A DNA stretch of 64,000 nucleotides from a virus. This document shows positions 25,551 to 34,933 of this stretch, one piece after another (positions within the stretch are counted from its first letter, which is position 1; every line of letters begins with the position of its first letter). Where the stretch lies: the IMG/VR virus record IMGVR_UViG_3300025141_000063, positions 1 through 64,000 of that record; one strand, 5' to 3'. The translations under genes were made by a program, and so were the position numbers. The notes under the pieces were generated by a model. That model was not told where the DNA came from and ran no database searches. It saw nothing but the letters and a program-made list of their open reading frames with translations.

Positions 25551-26420
25551 CTATGCCGCCTTCTTCGAGAGGAGCCACGCGAACTCTTGCGCCTGCTCAG
25601 CTTCTTGTTGACGCCTCATCATCATGTAGTTGTGCGCCACCAGCAGCTTCGCACAGACCACGTCCTCCGGAACATCGTCGCTCAGGTCAGGCTCCTCGCC
25701 CGTCTCCCCCAGCATCTGCCTCCACCGAGCAGCGACGGCCCGGGGATCATTCTTGAAGTGGCGCTCGATGTTCCGGCCCACATCGTCCGGGATGCCGCGA
25801 GCAGGCTTCAGGTTCAGTGACCTCTCGTCCATGTCGGGGTCGAACCGGCCGACGCAGACGTCGCACCTGCCGTCGGCGAGGTCGTCGTCGTCCTCGTTCC
25901 CGCAGTCCGTGCAGACATAGGTGGGCTGTGCCACCAGCCGCTGTGCGAAGGACAGGGGCGCCGGGAGGAACCAGACGCCCCTCTCCATGGCGGAGGCCGC
26001 CACGAAGCGTCCGACCTCCTCCTCGTAGGGGTGCTTGCGGATGTCCGACACCATATCCACGGCCGCCATCATCTGCGCCACCGTGGGCTGCTGGAGCGTG
26101 AAGAAGTCGGGGATGTTGTTGTTCAGCGCCTGGGTCAGCGGGGAGAAGACCTCCCACACGGACCAGAAGCCATCGGCCACCAGCAGGTTGCGCACCGCCT
26201 GGATCTTGTTCTTGTTGAGGGCACTCACCGTCACCGCGTGCGGGCGGGAGTAGTGCATCTGGAAGCGGGACGAGAAGTCCTGCTCGATCTCGTACCAGAG
26301 GGCCTCCGAGTCCCACTCGAGCCAGTCCACTCCGAACTGCGCGAACAGCAGTCCCGCCAGCACGGCGGGGTGCGCGTCGTGGTAGCCGAAGAAGAGAGCT
26401 GGTGCCTCAGGAAGAGCCAC
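25551..26420 (-). CDS. hypothetical protein with Zn ribbon
   Basis: 289 aa, CTDC...CDVC; immediately upstream of the portal. Confidence 0.65.
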   Translation of the reverse strand: MALPEAPALFFGYHDAHPAVLAGLLFAQFGVDWLEWDSEALWYEIEQDFSSRFQMHYSRPHAVTVSALNKNKIQAVRNLLVADGFWSVWEVFSPLTQALNNNIPDFFTLQQPTVAQMMAAVDMVSDIRKHPYEEEVGRFVAASAMERGVWFLPAPLSFAQRLVAQPTYVCTDCGNEDDDDLADGRCDVCVGRFDPDMDERSLNLKPARGIPDDVGRNIERHFKNDPRAVAARWRQMLGETGEEPDLSDDVPEDVVCAKLLVAHNYMMMRRQQEAEQAQEFAWLLSKKAA

Positions 26421-27996
26421 GGACGTGGCTCCTGCTGTCGGCCAGCCGGGCCAGGATCACCTGCTGGGGGTAGGGCAGCGACTTGAAGATGGTGACGGGC
26501 TTCTTGACGAACTCCTCGGAGATCTCATCACCGAGAGCGTTGTGCACCAGCCGGATGTCCTCACGGGCGATGCGTAGCAGGTCGGCGCCGGTCACCCGGT
26601 CGATGCCCTTCACCCAGTGGTAGTTCGCGTCCTCCGAGGCCGTCTTCTCCGAGAGGGCTGCGCGGTACGGGTCGGGAAGATCCCGGTCCCACTCCTGGCT
26701 GAGCCCGTAGTGCTCGTCGAACTGGGTCAGCGCCTGACCGAACTCGTCCGGGCCCTTGTGCGTGGCCACCGAGGCGAGCTTCATCAGGATCGCTCCACCC
26801 CGCTCGTCGACTCGGCTCGCTCGAGCATTGAGGTGCAACACGAACCCCTCGTTGAGCTGGTCGCCCCCGTAGGCCGCCACCTTCTCGGTGACCTCGATGT
26901 CGTGGGCCGCGGCGGCTTGCTTGACATTGCGGCAGTACTCCCGGCGGTCGGTGGGGTGGAAGTTCTTCCAGAAGCGGTCGAAGTAGACCATCGCCTGCTT
27001 GATCTGCTCATCGGTCTGCAGCGGGTACTTGTCGTTGAGGGCGGCCAGCTTATTTGTGGCGGCGGCGTACCCCAGGACTCCGGCGGCGGGCAGCAAGCCG
27101 ATGGCGCCTCCCTTGAGGGCGCCTCCCGCGGTGCGCTTGAGGGTTTCCGTCTTCGTCGCGCCGGCCTTGCGGGCCTTGTGGAAGCCCGCGCCCGCGCCGA
27201 CGGTGCCCGCGCCGAGAGCGCCGACGGCTCCGAGCTCAAACAGGGTGAAGGCGCTCTTCTCGGCTGCCACCTTGTAGACGCTGCCTCGGTGCGAGATGTA
27301 GCCGGAGGTGGGAGACTCTGACTGCCGGAGGGTTGCCTTGACGTTGTCGGGGGCCTCCTTGATGGGCCTGGAGTGCTTCTTGGCGCGGCCCCAAACCTCG
27401 GGACTCGGGACGCCTCCCCGGCTCCACTGCTCCTCCTTGTGGTGCGCGTCCTCTCCGCCCAGGCGGTACCCAGACCGGGTGCCCGATCGATGTCCCAGCG
27501 CCGCGCCTGCGACGCCTGCAGCGGCCAGCCCGCCCGCGGCGACGAGGCCCTTGCCGAGGTTGCCCATCGCCGTCTTCTCCCAGCCGCGGATGTCCACGAT
27601 GGGGCCGATGCCTTCGACCTCTCGGACCTCCCCGTCGCGTGCGGTGACTGTGGGGATGGCGGAGGCGACCTTGGCGACGAGGCCGGGACTGGAGTAGCCG
27701 CCCTCCTCCATCTTCTCTAGGAGGCGGACGCCTGCGACCACCGCGGCGGTCTTGGGCATGCCGTCCCAGCTCTCGGCGAGGTACTGGCCGTTGAGCCAGG
27801 CGACCTCAGGAGAGGTGCAGGCGAACTTCCGCAGCTTGCCCTCCCGGCCGAACATGACGACCCCGAAGTCGGAGTCCGGGTAGCGAGACAGCTCGCCCCT
27901 CTCAGGCATCGCGGCGGTGGCCACCTTGTGGGGCAGGGAGATCGAGGCTTCCTTGATCAGCCCGGGTCCCAGATCATGCAAGTCGACAGCGAACAT
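26407..27996 (-). CDS. K-x-A-rich putative head protein with two DUF6582-like segments and glycine-zipper inserts
   Basis: About 15 K-x-A motifs (e.g. WEKTAM, SEKTAS); PDSDF...RKFAC and KYPLQTDEQIKQAMVYF...AAAHDIEV segments; GGAGG RBS. Confidence 0.65.
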   Translation of the reverse strand: MFAVDLHDLGPGLIKEASISLPHKVATAAMPERGELSRYPDSDFGVVMFGREGKLRKFACTSPEVAWLNGQYLAESWDGMPKTAAVVAGVRLLEKMEEGGYSSPGLVAKVASAIPTVTARDGEVREVEGIGPIVDIRGWEKTAMGNLGKGLVAAGGLAAAGVAGAALGHRSGTRSGYRLGGEDAHHKEEQWSRGGVPSPEVWGRAKKHSRPIKEAPDNVKATLRQSESPTSGYISHRGSVYKVAAEKSAFTLFELGAVGALGAGTVGAGAGFHKARKAGATKTETLKRTAGGALKGGAIGLLPAAGVLGYAAATNKLAALNDKYPLQTDEQIKQAMVYFDRFWKNFHPTDRREYCRNVKQAAAAHDIEVTEKVAAYGGDQLNEGFVLHLNARASRVDERGGAILMKLASVATHKGPDEFGQALTQFDEHYGLSQEWDRDLPDPYRAALSEKTASEDANYHWVKGIDRVTGADLLRIAREDIRLVHNALGDEISEEFVKKPVTIFKSLPYPQQVILARLADSRSHVRGSS

Positions 27997-28018
27997 ACGG
28001 GCCTCCGGGTGCCGGTCG

Positions 28019-28048
28019 ATGATGTCTCCCCCGTTGAGCCGATGTCAA
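28019..28048 (-). promoter_or_regulatory. sigma70-like promoter candidate TTGACA-N18-CATCAT
   Basis: Perfect -35 hexamer; the -10 element ends 22 nt upstream of ATG 27996; overlapped by inverted repeat CGTTGA-N7-TCAACG (28032-28050). Confidence 0.65.
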
Positions 28049-28068
28049 CGCAAGAAGCCGCCGGAACT

Positions 28069-28077
28069 CGGCATAAG
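28069..28077 (+). promoter_or_regulatory. CGGCATAAG motif heading the replication operon
   Basis: Identical to 22574-22582; 35 nt upstream of ATG 28113. Confidence 0.5.
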
Positions 28078-28112
28078 GGTTACGCACTCAACACCTTGGA
28101 GCTTACCAGACG

Positions 28113-28511
28113 ATGGCGATCAGCAGAGTGGGGGCTATTCCTGACCCTCCTTGTTTCGGGAAGCCAGCCTACTTCGATGAAGTCAACGACGAGGACTGCC
28201 GCACCTGCCATGCCAGGGTACGGTGCAAGGTCCAATGTCGCCAGAAGAAGGCGGGCGGGTCCCACAAGAAGAACACCAGCTTGAAGAACTCGAAGGCGAC
28301 GGGGCGGGGCGACCGAAGCGTCGCTGCCGATGACGAGGACGCCCCGACCTTCCGCGTCAAGAAGAAGATGACCACCTCCTGGTTCGGGGCGCTCAAGCAC
28401 AACTCGTTCATTCGACTGTGCAGCACCTTCTTCCGGGAACTCGCGTTCGGAGTGGAGCAGATTCCACTGGAGCCATACTCCGAGCAGGAATTGGAGGAGA
28501 TCGATGAGTGA
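28113..28511 (+). CDS. hypothetical protein with N-terminal Cys cluster
   Basis: PPCFG...CRTC...C motif; first gene of the plus-strand operon. Confidence 0.65.
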   Translation: MAISRVGAIPDPPCFGKPAYFDEVNDEDCRTCHARVRCKVQCRQKKAGGSHKKNTSLKNSKATGRGDRSVAADDEDAPTFRVKKKMTTSWFGALKHNSFIRLCSTFFRELAFGVEQIPLEPYSEQELEEIDE

Positions 28512-28962
28512 CAGCATCAACGTCGGCGGCCTGATCATGACCGCCCGCAAGAAGAGGTTCCGCAGCACGAGGGAAGCCGCTGCCGCGGTGAAGCTCACCG
28601 ACGCTCGCGGCACCCGGAGTCTCTCCGGTGAGGGCCTGCGGAAGTACGAGAAGAGCCTCAGTCTCCCGTCTGCGAATGTGCTTAGCGCGCTGATCCAGGG
28701 CTGGGGGATGGGTGGAGAGGAGGCCGAGACCCTGTGGAACGCCGTGCACGTCGCTCGGGAGCGCCGCGATGGCTTCGAGCCGAGGAAGGCCGCCCTCAAG
28801 GGGGAGAACATGGAGGCCGCCGTCGCCAGTGCGGTGGGTGAGATGGTCGGCGAGTGCCGCATCCTCGTCGAGGGGATGGTCGACGACGTCGACGACCAGG
28901 AAGCGTTCCTGGAGGAGGTCCGCGTCCTCTCGAACCGCATCATCAGGAGCCACTTTCGGTGA
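28504..28962 (+). CDS. XRE-like helix-turn-helix protein
   Basis: STREAAAAV...LSGEGLRKYEKSLSLPSANVLSALIQGW resembles the HTH_XRE pattern. Confidence 0.55.
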   Translation: MSDSINVGGLIMTARKKRFRSTREAAAAVKLTDARGTRSLSGEGLRKYEKSLSLPSANVLSALIQGWGMGGEEAETLWNAVHVARERRDGFEPRKAALKGENMEAAVASAVGEMVGECRILVEGMVDDVDDQEAFLEEVRVLSNRIIRSHFR

Positions 28963-30287
28963 GCCTCTACACCTTCTGCAGGAGGGAGCCGGACCACGCC
29001 TACGTTGACCGGAATCTCTGGTTGCCGAAGGCGAGGCTCACTCCCCGAGTCATCAAGAAGCGTCTCAGCTTCCGGGCCGCGGTCGGGAAGAAGCGGGATC
29101 AGATCATCACCGTCAACGCCTTCCGAGAGGAGGAGCACCACCTGGTCGTGCCTCGCAACTTCATGTCCCCCGCCGAGCTACTCGAGCAGGACATCCCTGT
29201 GGTTGACCTGCGTCCCAAGGAGTACGAACGGGTGGTGATGGCGCACTCCATCATCCCCCGCGACCACCAGGTCGAACCGCTGACCAAGATGGAGGAGATC
29301 GATGACGGGACGTTGAACGTGGCGTGTGGTCGGGGCAAGACGGTCATGGCGCTGTACGAGGCAGCGCGCATGGGTGTGCCGACCCTGGTGGTTTGCCAGA
29401 ACAGCTCCATCCTCCAGCAGTGGGAGAGGGAGATCGAGAAGTTCATTACCTTCTCCGGGGACGTGCAGTGGATGAAGGGCAAGGGCCTGCCGAAGTCAGC
29501 GTTCGGGCTGGCCACCATCCAGACCCTCTACCGCAAGGCGGAGGACCTGCCGACGGCCTTCCGCCGTCGGTGGGGGCTCGTCATCTTCGACGAGGCGCAT
29601 CACGTCTCGGCCCCGGAGTTCTGCAAGGCCGCGGACATCTTCCCCGGCCGGAGGATCGCACTGACAGCTACAGCGAAGAGGAGTGATGGGCTGGAGAAGA
29701 TCTACCAGTACCACCTGGGGCAGGTGTTCCACACCGACCTCCGTCAAGACCTCAAGCCGAAGATCGTCTTCCTGCACCTGCCCGGGTTCGACCCTCCGGG
29801 GAGCGTGTACGACGACGTCAGCCTGAAGACCTGGCTCTCCAGGAACTCTTCCTTCAACGCCATCGTGGCGAAGGAGACCACGGACGCCGTGGCCAAGGGC
29901 CGCACCGTCATGGTGCTGTCCCACCGCGTCGAGCAGCTCGTCACCCTGGAGCAGCTGGTCCCCTCGGGGAGGGCCATCTACGGAACCATCAAGCTGGCAG
30001 AGCGGGACGACGTCCTTCGGACAGCCAACCCCATCTTCGCCTCCATCAACCTCGCGCAGGAAGGGCTGGATCGGCCACAGCTGGACACCCTCCTGATCGC
30101 TACCCTCTTCTCCAACCCCAACTCCTTCCAGCAGGTGGTAGGGCGGGCGCAGAGAGAGTTCGCGGGCAAGAAAGATCCGGTCGTGGTCTTCCTGGTCCCC
30201 GACATCAACCGTTGCAAGAACCAAGCTCGCCGTCTCGCGTCCTTCGCGAGGAAGGCCGGCTACCCAGTGGAGAACCACCGAGCATGA
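28959..30287 (+). CDS. superfamily II DNA helicase (UvsW/XPB-like)
   Basis: PRDHQ, ACGRGKT, IFDEAHH, LTAT, EGLD, QQVVGRAQR. Confidence 0.9.
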   Translation: MSLYTFCRREPDHAYVDRNLWLPKARLTPRVIKKRLSFRAAVGKKRDQIITVNAFREEEHHLVVPRNFMSPAELLEQDIPVVDLRPKEYERVVMAHSIIPRDHQVEPLTKMEEIDDGTLNVACGRGKTVMALYEAARMGVPTLVVCQNSSILQQWEREIEKFITFSGDVQWMKGKGLPKSAFGLATIQTLYRKAEDLPTAFRRRWGLVIFDEAHHVSAPEFCKAADIFPGRRIALTATAKRSDGLEKIYQYHLGQVFHTDLRQDLKPKIVFLHLPGFDPPGSVYDDVSLKTWLSRNSSFNAIVAKETTDAVAKGRTVMVLSHRVEQLVTLEQLVPSGRAIYGTIKLAERDDVLRTANPIFASINLAQEGLDRPQLDTLLIATLFSNPNSFQQVVGRAQREFAGKKDPVVVFLVPDINRCKNQARRLASFARKAGYPVENHRA

Positions 30288-30697
30288 GCAACCGCAAGAG
30301 CAAAGAAGTCATCGTGATGATGGTCAACCGCACCGCCTGGGTCGGGAAGTCCCGGGACGACGAGTCCCCTCCCGCCGAGCTCCGCGACGCCGTCATCGCC
30401 TTCCTGCACCAGAAGCCCAGCCCCGACGGCCAGATGGTGGTCATGACCCCCATGCGGGTCCCTTTCGGCCTCTCCAGCGAGACGCTGGGGAAGGTCCACC
30501 TCAACCCCGTCAACGTGGAGTCGTGGTGCTACCTCGACAACATGTCGGAGACTGACCAGAAGCAGATCCGCCTCTTCCTCGCATCCCAGAAGGAGCAGGA
30601 GCAGCAGACCCGCGCAGTCGCCGCAGGCATCGTGCTGCCTGGGCAGGGGGGCGCGCCCGCGCTGGACCTGGAGAAGCTCCGGAGGGGAGGCAAGTGA
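30284..30697 (+). CDS. hypothetical protein
   Basis: Coupled ORF (4-nt overlaps at both ends). Confidence 0.6.
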   Translation: MSNRKSKEVIVMMVNRTAWVGKSRDDESPPAELRDAVIAFLHQKPSPDGQMVVMTPMRVPFGLSSETLGKVHLNPVNVESWCYLDNMSETDQKQIRLFLASQKEQEQQTRAVAAGIVLPGQGGAPALDLEKLRRGGK

Positions 30698-31443
30698 GCG
30701 TTCCCTCGCTGGCCGACATCTTCGACCAGTACGTTGCGCAGGGGTGCGACCGCTGCCCTCGACTGATGGAGAGTCGGACCAGCATCGTCTTCGGGGAAGG
30801 GCACCCCGACCCCGACATCGTCTTCGTCGGTGCGGCTCCGGGGTACTGGGAGGATGAGCTGGTCCGCCCCTTCGTGGGGCAGGCCGGTGTCCTCCTGGAC
30901 TCCTTCCTCGCCTACTTCGGGCGTCGAGGCAACTCCGACCTCTGGCGCCTCGGGGAGTCCGTGGCCAAGGGCAAGAACCTCGGAGACCAGGAGGCCGACG
31001 CGGTACGGGAGGCGCTGATCGAGACGGAGAAGGTGCACTACCTGAACGCCGTCCTCTGCCGGCCGCCGGAGAATGTAGACCCGAGCAAGAAGGAGGTCGA
31101 CGCCTGCCGCGACCGCCTGTTCCAGACCATCTACCAGCTGGACCCGCTGCTCATCGTGGCCACCGGCAAGGTCGCGGCCAAGGCGCTCCTCGGGAAGGTG
31201 CTCAACGTCCAGGACTGCCGCGGGCAGGTCTACGACATTGAAATCCCGGGGGTCACTGGCGGGATCAGATACCCGATGCTCCTTACGTTCCACCCCTCCT
31301 ACGTGAACCGCGTGGGGGACTTCTTGTCGAAGACGGGGCCGGGGGTGCAGTTCGCGGAGGACTGCGAGCACCTCTTCACCCTGGTGGACCAGACCCGATA
31401 CATGACCTGCGGCACCCCGGTGCCTGAACGGAGGAAATGGTGA
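30694..31443 (+). CDS. uracil-DNA glycosylase family 4-like (Fe-S)
   Basis: CDRCPRL..SR..IVFGEG, VGAAPG..ED..RPFVG.AG, NAVLCRPPEN, HPSY. Confidence 0.85.
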   Translation: MSVPSLADIFDQYVAQGCDRCPRLMESRTSIVFGEGHPDPDIVFVGAAPGYWEDELVRPFVGQAGVLLDSFLAYFGRRGNSDLWRLGESVAKGKNLGDQEADAVREALIETEKVHYLNAVLCRPPENVDPSKKEVDACRDRLFQTIYQLDPLLIVATGKVAAKALLGKVLNVQDCRGQVYDIEIPGVTGGIRYPMLLTFHPSYVNRVGDFLSKTGPGVQFAEDCEHLFTLVDQTRYMTCGTPVPERRKW

Positions 31444-31907
31444 CCAAGATCAACCCGGAAGACGTCGATACCAGCGTGGCCGAAGAGGCCGTCGAAGCAT
31501 TCCAGGAGGCCGAGGAGGAGTTCAAGGAGCTGCTCACGGACATCAAGGACAGCATGGGAGAGGACTGGTACGCCTACTTCCTCGAGACGATGGAGAAGCG
31601 GCGGAACCTCTGCAGCCGCGCGAGGAACACGGTTCGTGCCGTGGGTGTAGGCGTCGGCGCCTTCGCCGCTCGCACCATCGAGAAGAACGTCTGGGATGTC
31701 GAGGCCGTCCTGGAGCTGTCCCGCCTTCGGGACGAGCAGCAGGAGCTGGTCGACGCGAAGGTGCTGAAGTACTCCTTCGACCCGAAGCGTGCGCTCGAGC
31801 AGCTCGATGCCAAGGCCTTCGAGATCTACAAGGAGAAGGCTCACAGCAAGCGGCCGGGGACTACGCAGGTACTCGGCCCCAAGGTCGACGATGACCTCTT
31901 CAAGTAG
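31437..31907 (+). CDS. hypothetical protein
   Basis: 156 aa, GGAGG RBS, acidic helical N-terminus. Confidence 0.65.
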   Translation: MVTKINPEDVDTSVAEEAVEAFQEAEEEFKELLTDIKDSMGEDWYAYFLETMEKRRNLCSRARNTVRAVGVGVGAFAARTIEKNVWDVEAVLELSRLRDEQQELVDAKVLKYSFDPKRALEQLDAKAFEIYKEKAHSKRPGTTQVLGPKVDDDLFK

Positions 31908-32244
31908 CACCGATCCCCGGGTCACAATCCGCCGCAGCGCAGTCCTGAAAGGCATGGAACCTGAGGACCAGTTCTGCGATGATTTCCAGCTCAGCGAGGA
32001 ACACATGGACAAAGCGAAGCGCTTGATCGGAGACGGTCAGGCAGAGGTGTCTGTTGGCACAGACATGGGAGAGAAGGACTTCGGCAACGGCTTCGGCGTC
32101 TTCGTTTCCGTCAAGCTCACCTGCAACCAGGACGTCGCCACCATCGAGAAGGCTCAGAGCCTGGGGTGGGAGATCGCCAAGGAGTTCGCGGAGACCCAGT
32201 GGGCGGAAGCGAAGGAGCTCTACCAGTTCCTGGCGGGCAGCTGA
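31891..32244 (+). CDS. hypothetical protein (start uncertain)
   Basis: Open frame with coding-like bias filling the operon gap. Confidence 0.55.
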   Translation: MTSSSSTDPRVTIRRSAVLKGMEPEDQFCDDFQLSEEHMDKAKRLIGDGQAEVSVGTDMGEKDFGNGFGVFVSVKLTCNQDVATIEKAQSLGWEIAKEFAETQWAEAKELYQFLAGS

Positions 32245-32245
32245 G

Positions 32246-32500
32246 GTGGGGCTGCCCATCGACGAGAACCCGAACTTCTCCTCCAGTCTGATGACCTTGG
32301 AACTGAAGCGCATCGAGGGCTCCCCTGGGGCCTTCGGGCTGATGTACGAGGTGGAGATCCGCAACCGCACCACGGGGGGCTTCGCAGTCCTCCGTGGGCG
32401 GGACCTCTCGGAGGACGTCCAGAGCCATCTGCACGAGCTGATGGCCATGGTCGAGCAGCACGCTGGCGAGCGGTTCTTCTCCACACAGAAGCAGAAGTAA
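32246..32500 (+). CDS. hypothetical protein
   Basis: GTG start 1 nt after the upstream stop; 84 aa. Confidence 0.5.
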   Translation: MGLPIDENPNFSSSLMTLELKRIEGSPGAFGLMYEVEIRNRTTGGFAVLRGRDLSEDVQSHLHELMAMVEQHAGERFFSTQKQK

Positions 32501-32510
32501 GGGGGTTCTC

Positions 32511-33938
32511 GTGGCGGCCCTGGAACCCACCCTCATCTCCACCATCCTGCGCGACCAGTCGCTGAAGGCATTGATCGAAGCAGGGATCGTCGAGTCGGAC
32601 TTCCAGACTCTCGAAGGTGCCGAGTGGTTCCGCTTCATCTACCGGCACTTCCGCAACCGGTCCACCTACGGGCAGGTCCCCAGCCCTGCCCAATTCAAGA
32701 GGAGATTCCGGGGCTTCGACTACTGCCCCTCTTCCGACTCCATGTCCTCCCTCTGTCAGGAGCTCCGCGACAACCAGATGGTCCACGAGGTCGAAGACCT
32801 CTCGGAGCGCATCCAGGAGCTACTGGACGACGACGACCTGGACGACGTGCTGTCCAACCTCTCGGGGTTCCTTCGCAAGTGGACAACGAAGAGGGCCGAC
32901 GGAGGCGACGTGGACCTGGCTCAGGCCGTCGGGGTCCTGAAGGACCAGTACTACGCCGTGAAGGACGGCGGCGGCTTGCTCGGCATCCCGTACCCCTGGG
33001 ATGTGGTGAACGACGAGACCTTGGGGATGCAGCCAGGGCAGCTCCTCGTCATCTACGGCAGGCCGAAGGCGATGAAGACGTGGGTGGCGCTGTACATCGC
33101 GGTGTTCGCCTACCTCTTCTGCAACGCCCGAGTCCTGTTCTACAGCAGGGAGATGGACCGAATCCAGATCCTGAGGCGGGCGGCGTCCATCGTCGTCGGC
33201 CTCGACTACAGCGACGTCAAGAAGGCCACCCTCCCGGAGGCTGCCGAGAAGGATCTGTGGGCTGCGATGGAGCTGCTCGCAGAGGGCGAGGACCTGGGGG
33301 ACGGCAGGCGGAGCCGCTTCGTCATCTCCAACGACCGGGGGGCCAACAACTCGGCCACGGTGGACTTGATTTCCCAGAAGGCGAGGGACTACGAGGTCGA
33401 CCTGCTGGTGGTCGACGCCGTCTACAAGCTCAAGGACGGGAGGACCAACAAGAGGGACGCGGACTGGAAGACACAGGCGCATGTGCTCCAGGATCTAAAG
33501 GACTCCGCAGTGGACATGCACATCCCGTGCATCGCGGTCACGCAGGCCAACCGCAGCGCCTCCAAGAACAACGTGAAGCAGGTGGACACGTCGGAGGTCG
33601 CCTTCACGGACGCCGCCGGTATGGAGTGCGACGGGATGTTCCGCGTCATCAAGGGGACCGACCCCGACACAGGAGAGAACGAACTCGCCCTGGTGTGGGC
33701 AGCCACGCGGGACGAGCAACTCGACGCGATCCTCATTCATGGCCAGCCCGGCTACAACTTCCGTCTGAAGAGAGAGGGGATCACCTTGGATGAACTGCAG
33801 CAGCGCAAAGCCCGGGAGGACGCCAACAATGCGGCCGAGGAGGCAGCGCCCAAGAAGCCCGCCTCGGCCCCGCGCGGGCGCCGTAGCGGTCGGTCTGCCG
33901 TAGCCCTGGCCCGCCAAGGAGCGAAGAGGAAGAAGTGA
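32511..33938 (+). CDS. dnaB: replicative DnaB-like helicase
   Basis: GMQPGQLLVIYGRPKAMKT (Walker A), FYSREM, LLVVDAVY, AVTQANR. Confidence 0.9.
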   Translation: MAALEPTLISTILRDQSLKALIEAGIVESDFQTLEGAEWFRFIYRHFRNRSTYGQVPSPAQFKRRFRGFDYCPSSDSMSSLCQELRDNQMVHEVEDLSERIQELLDDDDLDDVLSNLSGFLRKWTTKRADGGDVDLAQAVGVLKDQYYAVKDGGGLLGIPYPWDVVNDETLGMQPGQLLVIYGRPKAMKTWVALYIAVFAYLFCNARVLFYSREMDRIQILRRAASIVVGLDYSDVKKATLPEAAEKDLWAAMELLAEGEDLGDGRRSRFVISNDRGANNSATVDLISQKARDYEVDLLVVDAVYKLKDGRTNKRDADWKTQAHVLQDLKDSAVDMHIPCIAVTQANRSASKNNVKQVDTSEVAFTDAAGMECDGMFRVIKGTDPDTGENELALVWAATRDEQLDAILIHGQPGYNFRLKREGITLDELQQRKAREDANNAAEEAAPKKPASAPRGRRSGRSAVALARQGAKRKK

Positions 33939-34933
33939 GAGTCGCCTCTGTTGTTCGGCAGGTTGCGGAGGAGCACCTCACCCGGTACCGAGAAGGAGCG
34001 GACCACGAGATCATCGGTCTCTGCCCTCTGCACGAGGACAACACCCCCTCCTTCGCCATCAACGAGAAGACAGGACTGTGGGTCTGCTACGGCGGGTGTG
34101 GGGGCGGAAGCCTCTCGTACCTGCTCTACCGGCTGGAGTACGGCCGGAAGAAGATCGACCACGTGCTGGGACCCATCCGGGACCAGCTGCAGCTCCCGGT
34201 CAAGAAGAGGATCAAGGATGTAGCGGACCCCTTCCGGGCGCTATACCCGCTGCCGGAGGCACTCCTGGGTGTCTACGACGTCGACAAGCCTCACCCGATG
34301 CTGGCCGACATCTTCGAGCCGGAACTTCTCCGTCGGTACGACGTGGGATACGACCGCCGCAACCATCGCATCACCTTCCCCATCAGGGACTTGTACGGGA
34401 ACCTCGCAGGGTTCAGCGGCAGAGCTACGGCTCGGACGCCGCCTAACTCCTCCGGGGACATCGCCAAGTACAAGATCTACGACAAGGAGATCATCAAGGA
34501 ATACCCCGACTACAAGTTCGACCGCTCCCGGCACCTCTACAACATGGACCGCGTCTACCCGAACCTCTACTACTCCGAGGAGGTTCAACCACTGATTCTG
34601 GTGGAGGGGTTCAAGGCCGCGCTCTGGCTCATCCAGTGCGGCTTCCCTAACGTGGTCGCCTTCATGGGTGCCGCCCTCACCACCTCCGGATGCGCGCTCA
34701 TCCAGAGGCTGTCCAGTCGGATCATCCTCTTCCTGGACAACGACGTCACCGGTAGACGAAAGACAGCCAAGGTGGGACGAGACCTGTCCCGGGCCGTCCG
34801 TAGACTATCGGTCGTCGAGTATCCCTTCAGCGCATTCGCCCAGCCCGATTCCTTTGACGACGACGAGCTGACCCTGCTCTTCAACGACCACTGCCTGCCG
34901 CTTCGACGGTGGGTCAGGAGACACACAACATGA
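33935..34933 (+). CDS. dnaG: DnaG-type primase (CHC2 zinc finger + TOPRIM)
   Basis: CPLHEDNTPSF...WVCYGGCGGG, RITFPIRD...GFSGR, LILVEGF, FLDNDVTGR. Confidence 0.9.
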   Translation: MRVASVVRQVAEEHLTRYREGADHEIIGLCPLHEDNTPSFAINEKTGLWVCYGGCGGGSLSYLLYRLEYGRKKIDHVLGPIRDQLQLPVKKRIKDVADPFRALYPLPEALLGVYDVDKPHPMLADIFEPELLRRYDVGYDRRNHRITFPIRDLYGNLAGFSGRATARTPPNSSGDIAKYKIYDKEIIKEYPDYKFDRSRHLYNMDRVYPNLYYSEEVQPLILVEGFKAALWLIQCGFPNVVAFMGAALTTSGCALIQRLSSRIILFLDNDVTGRRKTAKVGRDLSRAVRRLSVVEYPFSAFAQPDSFDDDELTLLFNDHCLPLRRWVRRHTT

